Source: Macrostomum lignano (taxonomy: Eukaryota). From it: a stretch of 64,000 nucleotides of DNA. The position numbers were made by a program, and so were the translations under genes. Of this stretch, positions 55,559 to 64,000 are shown piece by piece; position 1 is the first letter of the stretch; the number at the start of each line of letters is the position of its first letter. Below the pieces are notes generated by a model that ran no database searches, was not told the origin of the DNA, and saw nothing but the letters and a program-made list of their open reading frames with translations. The stretch covers positions 1 to 64,000 of the forward strand of contig NIVC01001424.1 in assembly GCA_002269645.1 (NCBI GenBank), in the 5' to 3' direction.

Positions 55559-57650
55559 GCTCGAGCCGTGCGGTGACCGACTGGCTCAGCTGATGAGCTG
55601 GAAAAGAACTCAAGCTCGTCTTTGATGCGAAATCCCACAGCCCTGATCTAACTAAAAATAAAAGCCTTAAAAATATTTGTGACGCTACGGGCATGACTAA
55701 ATTCGGTAGATTGCTTTCGCCCTACCGGTACAGTCACTCAAAGTCAATGTGTAACTGACTTTACGTTTACTAACTCATCGTGTAACCAACCGAAGGTTGC
55801 AGGAGCAAGTACTCAACGCCACCGAGTGTTTGAGTTGCTAACGCTCAATTAGCTAATGGGCGTTACTTTGCAGAATTAGAAGTAATCATTAAGAATGAAT
55901 GTGTGTATATTGCATTGCATTACATTGCATTAAAAAACGTTGAAAAAGTAATATAGCAGTCGTTGGTCTATCTATCAACAGAAGCCTTAAACTGGCTTAA
56001 CTGCAACTCATATGATTCTGCTCCATCCTAGGAGAATATTTATTATTTATGGTGCATGAACTGCCAGGCTACCTGAGTCAGTTGACGGTCAACCGCCCAG
56101 CGGGATAAATTGAAGGATGAGTTGAGCATCATTAAAATATTTTCTGCTTAAACCAGCTAGTTTAGGCCGCGCTAGCCATGCTTTTTCCAACTGAAATTTG
56201 GGAGGGTAAAGTTTTTGCCTGACTGCGCAAGGCTTCGGGAGGATAATATAATATAATACTAATATGCGTTTTGCAATAGCCAACCAATTTAGCACAAAAC
56301 TGCTGCAGCTCAGGAGCCCTGCCAGAGCTGAGTGAGCTGTGATGATGCCTATGCATCTTCCGGAATCACACGCCAACCTTTCATACCAGCTCTTTCCAAT
56401 TGCCTTTCCCACATAATAGTCTTCATCTTGCATCATAACGTTCCGTCTGCAGTAGTAGCAAGCAAGCATTGACTCCGGAAGCTTTCTAAGTACAATTTGA
56501 AACTCTGAATGCGATTTTAGCGAGGAATGGCTGGCAACCTAAAATACACCTTTTACTTCTTACCTGCTTTTTACTGCGCCCAATTTGGTGCGCTGCAAAG
56601 ATTCCAGCAGAGTTTCTGTTCACTATAGACAAATTGAGATTACCATGCATGCAGGCAATCTGGTTTTCTTGCTATCAACTTGGCTTATTTCACGAACAAC
56701 GAACTCCAATCCATCAGTCCACCAGACTGATTTATCGGATACTTCTCTTCTTGAAGCTGTGAAATCCTAGAAGTCCTTGGCTTGCAGTCAAGCCAAATTG
56801 ACTTGTGTTGTCTATGGCTTTTTGTAGCTTGTCTGTGTTAATCTCAGCACGCTGTCAGACTGCTGATGGCCACGCAACAAGTTAAATGAAGAAGTTCAAA
56901 TCAATTTACACATACTCTTGTAGTAGACTTTAACGAATGTTCGAAAAGTGTGTCGTGAAACCAGGTGTAAATCAAAAAACTTTCTTGAATGAAACAAAAC
57001 AGATTTTCGATATTATTGTGAACGTGAGAAATAACTCGAATTTAATGAAACTAAATAAATTTGGACCCATGTTGATATTGAAGCTTACTTATGAACTATA
57101 GGTAACTATAAAACGTGGAGTACACTTGATTTAAAGCTTTTAAGACTCACAACACACATCTTGCTTCTTATTTGGCTTTTATGGCGTTCAATTTGATGCG
57201 TTTCAAAAATCCCTTGACTAACAACTGAACTGAAATATTTGTTTAAATAAACGTTTTAAAACTTTATTGCAAAAGCAGGTGTAAATCAATATATGCATTT
57301 TAATTTGAAATCAGCTTATCAATTTTTATGTTACCGTGAAAAAAAATGCTCGAACTTAAAGAAACTTCAACGCTTTGAACCCTTGCTATTTTTAAAGCTT
57401 ACTTATAGTCATTTGCCATGAAATATAGAAGTACACGCAAAGTCTCTAGTAGCAGGACACACACTTTAAAAGTGTTGAAAAGGGACACAGCAGCCTATAT
57501 AATGCGTCTAAAAAGTACATGAATTTCTAAAACAGAAACCTTTTTTCAAAGCCAATCTGAAAAAATTGTTTTACTTCTATTTGAAAAATTAACAAGCGGT
57601 TTGTTTTATTTTTCACATCAGATTAATTGGCTGCCAGGATCGCACGTCAG

Positions 57651-58386
57651 TCAGCCGCGCACAAAGAAGTCTCCATCGATGCTGCTCAGACTGGCAGGCG
57701 GGTAGGCGAACCTCAGCAGGTGGCACAGGCGCTGCTGGCCAGAGAAAATCACAGCCTGGCAGTCAGCTGAGGCCTCGCACAGCATCAAACACCCGATGTC
57801 GGTTCGGGCATCGCTGGTCCAGTAGGTGCTCTGGGTGGACTCCACCGTCTGGCTGGGCCTTTGCGACTGCTCGAAATAATTTTTATCTGTAAAAATGTAC
57901 ACAGACTTTTACCAAATTGGCCGAACTTTGGTTTTAAATGCCTAAATGGTTGTATTGCAATATTAAGGACAGACTCAAGAGCTTACCTGGGTAGGTCAAA
58001 GCAAACACGGAGTTGCGCCACCCGCCTCCGCATTTAGGAGCTCCGTTCCCAGCGCAGACGCTGCTGCAGTCGGTCTCGCTAGCAGCTCCCAGAGATCCGT
58101 AGGAGGTGCTGCAGTAACAATACTCACTGGTCTGGATACCAAAGTACGGGAAGCCACCCAGAGAGCAGACGCTGCTGCAGAGCTCGTGTGTCATACTGGC
58201 ACTGTGGAATGCGTGGCTGAGAGCACCGATGCTAAACTGTCCAATTCTGCTCACACCGGCGAGTCCCTTCAGATCTCTGTCTCCATTGTCCGCAAAGCAG
58301 CCAATGTAGGACATCTGAGTTACTCTACCGGCAGCACAGAGCACCGGGACGGCGAGACCCACAATGCAGGCGATGGTCTTGAGCAT
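57651..58386 (-). CDS. WSC-PAN secreted protein A', intact (exons 58386-57987, 57886-57651; 211 aa)
   Basis: Paralog of A. The GTAAGC...TTTTACAG intron joins in frame. Confidence 0.92.
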
Positions 58387-58689
58387 AGCTACGAGTACTT
58401 GAGTAGCTGGGATTTACGTTCTGCTGCTGCTTATACGATTGTAATAAGCGATGAAAAGCTCTCTTTGTCTGCTTTTAGACCGGTTTTCTAGAGACAATCT
58501 GGTAGGATGAAAGCCAGTGCACTAATGAGAGCGGCAATGGAAGTTTCGCTATGTCAGCCTCGGCGGTCTGGTTCCTTATGTCCGTGGCGGTCTGCAACAG
58601 TGCCGCGGTCTTGACTGGGCTGGTTTTTATTCTGAAGTAATCGTTCAGACCGAGGCCCTACCTGACTGCCAGCGGGTTGAAGTTGCTCC

Positions 58690-58830
58690 AGGTGATCGTT
58701 GAGAAAATCTGTAATTTTTTCATAACACAGACCTCGACGTTGACGGTCTCGCTAGAGCACCAAGTTGACGCGGCGGACGCTGGTCTGCTGCAGGATGTTT
58801 TTAAGATCAGCCACGAGGACTTACCAACGC
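58690..58830 (+). mobile_element. Degenerate RTE-like fragment (a similar one lies at ~50440-50520)
   Basis: TLTVSLEHQVDAADAGLLQDVFKIS is homologous to TLTDSLEQQIDEAHAGLLRAAFKL at 40-120. Confidence 0.5.
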
Positions 58831-60021
58831 GGTACTTTGTATCCATGCATTGCACTTTAACGATGTCATTTATGGCCTAGGGGTCTTCTTCCGGAGACTA
58901 CAAGTGCTACAAGAACTTTGTAGCGCCTGACCTGGTTTGCGTTCGCCTGGCGCATTCTCTTTGGAGAAGTCCGACTTTTTGAGCGATCAGCCTTCTCTTT
59001 GCTTGCTTAGCCAACTGCCGTCTGTTCATAGCAGTTGGTACGACATTCGAGCAATTCCAGAGAGTGGCAGCCTGACCTTCTGGTTGAGGCTCGAATCCAA
59101 ATGCCAATCTAAAATTGATAGGTTAAGATGCAAGCCATCATTTGTTGACGGCTATTTAGTGTCAGTTTTGCGATCACAGCCGTTAGAACAGTTCGGCTTT
59201 TTTGTCCTGAGGATCGATGAATGTACATGTACTCACTTTGACGTAGTTTCATAGTTTACTTTGGTGATTTAGCCGTTATTTTCTTAGATACGAAATAACT
59301 TACCCATAAAATAAACTACTAGATTAAATTTTTAGGTGTCGCACTCAGTCGGCAGTCTTTGTTCTTTGTTCTCGGCTGTCAGCGGGAGTTTGTCCCTAAT
59401 TTATACCGTAACATAATTCCTGTGACAGTCTTTTGCCATTTTCGCTTACCTTTTTAACCGCAGTAAAAATTTTTCACGGGATTTCTTACTTAAAACTGGG
59501 CCCGATAAAGCTCCTTAGTCTAAAAAATGCGGACGCCCAAAGGTTTTTTTCCGACAGGCACTTGATTCACGCTTGAGCTATATCTTATGGATGCTGGAGT
59601 TCCATAGGCACCCCAGACCTGAAGGAACTGTTGGCAGGCCCAAACTGCCCGATGCTTCCGCCCAGACTTCACACAGGAGCCAACTCATCAACAGAACGTT
59701 GAGTTATCCGGCGGCTACGACACATAATTTGCCTAGATTCCAAAAAGACGACTACTAGCCATGCAAAGGGTCTTAAATATGAGTGTAAATTGAAAAAGAA
59801 CACTGCCTAAACTTTGCTCTGGTACTAAACTCATTTTTTATTATCCGCATCGTTTAATAGCAGAGAAATGTATTGACTATTGACTGACAGCGACCATGTT
59901 ACTACTGTGACTGGTAAGTAGTAAGTGTAAATTAGTTTTAGACTTAGTTTTAGCAGCTTCATTGTCCAAAGTTTATCTAAAATTGTCCAAAATTCTAGCT
60001 CAGGACTCTAACACGAAGCCA

Positions 60022-61110
60022 TCAAGCGCGGGGGAAAAACTCTCCAGTCACGTTCGCCTGAGACGGCGGCACTCCAGCAAACGGCAGCAGGTAGCACAGG
60101 TGCTGATATGCTGCGAGAGCAACACAGCCTGGCAGTCGCTGGCTGAAGTGCACTCATTCAGACAGGTGACCAGCTGCACAGATTGGATTCTGCGGTAAGC
60201 TGGTCGGGGGAAAGAATCTCCTACACTGAAGCTGGCGCGATCCACAGCGATTTTGAAACTGTTCGTTGCTGAAAAGTGGCAGTTACCATGACTTTTGTGT
60301 ACGGCAGTAGTGCTTGTTGATAAACGACATACTGCACTATATATGCATCTAATATAAATATACTTTTATTTACATTATAGACAAGTACTTAATTTAATTG
60401 AAAACTGAGAATTTGGTGCTGAGAATACAGAATTTACACTTTCTGTACCATGAGTGTTGGTCCTTAAATGAGTTTGAATCGCACCACAAACTCAGTTAGC
60501 TCCAAGTGAATGTTCGCCGCGCCACGGATTCGAACCAGGGATCCTGGCGCTAGAGTTTGACGCGTTTACCGGTTAGCAGGTTAGGTTTGAAATTAGGTTA
60601 GCGAAAATACAAGCGAGAGACAAGAAATCTCCTAATTTTGTTTCTTTGCAAGTCTCTAGTTGCAAAATTCTATCGTTAAAATCAGCAAACTTGCCAGAAG
60701 AGATCGCGCGAAGCAAAATTATCCTTAACGATTTTCAGATCACTTCGTTCCGACTGTGAAAAGTTTTGTCTGCCAATTTACTCAAAATGCAAAGAAATTT
60801 TTATAAAATCACTCACACAAATACGTCTGAGAGTACACGGAGTTTCGATCTGGTCCGCCGCAGATCTCGCAGTTCTCGAAGCATTGGTGTGTGCTGGCCG
60901 CTCCTTGCGAGCCGTACGACAGCCCGCAGTAGCACTCCTTGCCGAACTGCACGCCGAAGTACGGGAAGCCGCCCAGAGAGCAGATGCGGCTGCACAGTTC
61001 CAGCGTCAGGGACGTGTTGGAGACGCGGCCGGTGGAGTGCACGGAGAACTCCGCCAGGCTCTGCACTCCCTGCAGTCCGTGAAGGTCCCTGGCACCGTCT
61101 CTCGCGTGTG
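60022..61110 (-). pseudogene. WSC-PAN gene B', disrupted (WSC exon ~61110-60817, PAN exon 60268-60022)
   Basis: Paralog of B with the start codon, signal peptide and first WSC strand deleted. The PAN exon is frameshifted (CAGCATATCAGCACC). Confidence 0.85.
60516..60577 (-). mobile_element. tRNA-derived fragment (SINE head or tRNA pseudogene) in the B' intron
   Basis: CCTGGTTCGAATCCGTGG T-arm/B box; no complete cloverleaf or 5' acceptor strand. Confidence 0.45.
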
Positions 61111-62729
61111 CTGCGTTTTGTCCTGCTCCTCTGGAGAAGCTTCTGTCAAATCAGCTCGGGTGTGAAGCGAATTTATCCCCAACAGCCAAACGAGTGAAGA
61201 GGCTTCGGTAAACAATTTAAGCCCACTACCTATAATGAGTTTGTAAAAGCAAATTGGTGGTAAAAAGTCGCTAATGGGAGACAAAACGAGGTATTAGTGA
61301 TAAACTTATGACCAGACGTGTCTGCTAGTGGAGGAAGGATTGAAACAGCTCGTATCTGCTGCATATTTGTAGTTGAGTGGTTCAAAAGCCAGACGCTCGT
61401 ATCCCACTATATCAGCTCGCATGACGGCCTCTCAGGTTCTCAAGCTCCAGAACGTGCTGCTAATATAAATTGAGTGCGGTATTCATTGCAATTAGCTGAC
61501 AAACATTCTTTATGCAATGCTCAACAACTTTTTATGAAAAAAGCTTGTTTTAGAAGAGTAAGTATAGAAATGGACCTCAAGTCAGGCAAGGGGGCATGTC
61601 TCCAACTGATTAGAAGCCGTAGTGGACATTCCAACGCTTTATTGACCGAGAACAAACACTTAAATTCCATCAGACTCCATTATCTTTTGAGTATAGCATT
61701 GAGGCTGAGCCCAATTGAATGTGAGAAGTCGTTGCGATCATTTTGGGTTTAGTACATTTCGAAGGTACGTTACGAGCATACGAGCATCTGACAATAATTT
61801 AGCAAATTGTACGCATCATGCGAGGGCCGTCATTTTATTTGATACTAAGCGAAAAACAAATGGAAAATCAGTAATTCGAACATTCATAATACGCTAAACT
61901 TAAGGAAATGCTACTGGAGACGACTGAGTACGAGTAAAATTCAGTTGTATTTGAAGCCATTGTGATTGTAATAACTATGAAGCTAGCTGTGCTCTCTACC
62001 TTTTTTTCCTTTCTGCAAGTGGAAGCAACCGTGATTGATTGGATCAGTTACAGCTCTGGCCCAAATCTTATGTTACTGGGACTCTGATAACTGCTGGACT
62101 TGCTCCCAATGAAACTAGATCAGGTAAGCCTGAAATTCAACGCTACCCACGGTTCGAGCAATAAGTTGCTGGGTTAATTTAATTAACGAAAGTTTCTAGT
62201 GGTCCTCGGGCTTGGCTTTCCTAGAAGAAACGAGTCGAAATTCAGCTGCGGAATGAACACCCGGTCAGGGAGATGTCAAATATATTTGGTTGGTTTCTTG
62301 ACCTAACAAACGTAAAGCGTAATTTTAGCTTTATTGGGTCACTGTCTTTAAGACTTCAATTCAATATCACCCATTGAACTTAATGCATAGCTTGTAGGCT
62401 CGTAGGCTACCATTTTTTTATTTTTTCAAGCGTAAATCAGGGAGCAGCGACGAATAACGGTGGAAAGTTTGGGTGCTACTTTACACTAACAAAACAACGG
62501 CAAGACAGAGACAGCATGGAGAGATTTAAGCCACATATAGCCTGCAAAGAGGTTAGCAGAGCAGAAAAAAACAAGAAAGACAGCAGACTTTCTTGACAGC
62601 TCAAACAGCTCTCACAGACAGCGAGACACGCTTAAGTGTCAAAACGACAGTCAAAACCAATTAACACCTTCAGCAACCGGCCAGTGAAGTATGCAGAAAA
62701 AATGATAGAACTGCCTAGAAAAAACTATC

Positions 62730-63296
62730 TATACTCAGTAACAGTCCAAAGTTCCACCCTCCAAATGGGATGATTTTTTCTCACTTACTGAAAGTGACGC
62801 GAAACTTATTGCCACTTGGAGGTTGTCCAGGATGACAACGCGCCGCCACACCTGAACTGAAGAAAAGAGCTACAGCTGCGCACTCTGCGCTGGCCTTCAT
62901 GCAGAGTTCCCAGACATGAATCCCATTGAGCATGTCTGAGACTTCCTAAATCGAAAAGAGAATCCACTGCAGAATGTTGCGTAGCTTGGCAGCAGCTTCC
63001 CCAGGACTTTCTTCGCCCCCTCATCCTGGGGATGCCCTGCAGAGTCGCCTCACTTTTTCGTGCAAGGGGATCCCGCACGAGTTATTAAGCATCGCGATTC
63101 TAACTGCATATTTCGTAAAAAATAAATTGTTATAATTTTTCCACTGACGTTTATTATTGATTCATCAGCTTTCCCTTCTTCGCGGCGGCTTAGCTACGTA
63201 ACTTCAGAGTTGAATTGTGAGTGAGAAGTTGTCGCAATAAGTCAGAAAATTTTCATCTCTTCTGGAGGGTGGAACTTTTGACTGTTGTTGAGTATA
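62730..63296 (+). mobile_element. Internally deleted Tc1/mariner element
   Basis: ~34-bp imperfect TIRs (TATACTCAGTAACAGTCCAAAGTTCCACCCTCCA). Transposase C-terminal relic QDDNAPPH...PDMNPIEHV...WQQLPQDFLRPLILGMP.RV...RG. Confidence 0.8.
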
Positions 63297-63385
63297 TCTG
63301 AATTCTATCTAATAAGATTTTAATATTTACGAGTACATTATACATTAAATCACGTCTTAATTTTCTCAATCGACAAGGGTAAAAA

Positions 63386-63815
63386 TTATGGACAAGTTTT
63401 TAACTTTTCAAGGACTGACATTTCTTGCAGCAACACCGAGTTTCGCTTGGAGCCTCCGCACTTCTGCAGCAAATTTTCTGAGCACGTGTGGCTGCAGTCG
63501 CTGTCATTGGCTTTGCCATAGTTTCCATGAGAGTGACTGCAGAAGCACTCGATTTTTTTGCAGACCAAAGTACGGAAAGCTGCCAAGAGAGCAGATGGCG
63601 CCACAGAACTCATGCGAAGCTTCACTACCAGTGTTTACAAATCCTGTGACACTGACGGCAAAGTCTCCAATTGAGCTCATTCCTTCGAGCCCGTTTAAGT
63701 CTCTTGACGCAGGCTTGTCGATATAGCAACCCAAGTAGGTAAAGCGAGCCAAACCGAAAGTCACTGTGGTCAGGACGGCACAGTAGAATACGAAAATTAC
63801 CGTTAAATGCGGCAT
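63386..63815 (-). pseudogene. WSC gene G, frameshifted; no PAN exon found
   Basis: Signal peptide and YLGCYIDK..SRDLNGL...HEFCGAICSLGSFPYFGLQ. Frame break in the A7 run at ~63553-63559, then ECFC...CSHTC...KCGGSKRNSV. Confidence 0.8.
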
Positions 63816-64000
63816 GCCAAGATTTCGATGATTTCACTGCTTGAGAATCACGTCGTCACTTGATTTATCGAAAAGCAGTGGGAGCCAATTACCAGCGGTT
63901 TTGTAGTCCTGAATGTACAGTAATTACTGTCGGAACTGCAGCTGGTCCAATGAAATCCGTCCAACTGTCTATCTATCTAGTTATCTCTCTATCTATCTAT

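Noticed and set aside
58550-58670. GC-rich stem-forming segment upstream of an RTE fragment (possible HDV-like or hammerhead ribozyme)
   Set aside because: No CTGATGA/GAAA core, and I could not build the nested double pseudoknot by eye; needs an Infernal/RNArobo search.
60516-60577. Possible functional tRNA gene
   Set aside because: Only the T-arm/B box is convincing; no complete acceptor stem or D-arm.

Overview
Eukaryotic (animal) genomic DNA with short GT-AG introns, SINE/LINE debris and many minisatellites. It resembles a free-living flatworm such as Macrostomum, but that is an inference. Three layers are visible. (1) A cluster of 11 two-exon-type genes or pseudogenes for small secreted proteins with a signal peptide, a WSC domain and usually a PAN/Apple-like domain; 5 look intact and 6 disrupted, plus one orphan PAN exon. 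They lie in segmentally duplicated blocks. (2) A complete 17,358-bp Polinton/Maverick (21147-38504) with AGTAGT...ACTACT termini, a perfect 6-bp TSD (GCTAGG) and long TIRs containing 58-bp arrays. It encodes pPolB, a DDE integrase with chromodomain, packaging ATPase, adenain-type protease, major and minor capsid proteins and a basic core protein. Unusually, it also carries an intact divergent TBP-like gene, an intact tandem-PC4 gene and a Cys/His-rich protein with a long acidic repeat. These three may form an element-encoded transcription-initiation module, the most interesting signal in the window. (3) Repeats and relics: a second pPolB relic, an LTR/gag remnant, RTE and I-like LINE fragments, CORE-type SINEs, a mini-Tc1, MITE-like hairpins and many tandem arrays. 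One GPI-anchored three-finger (Ly6/uPAR-like) gene is also present. All calls come from manual motif reading; no database searches were run.
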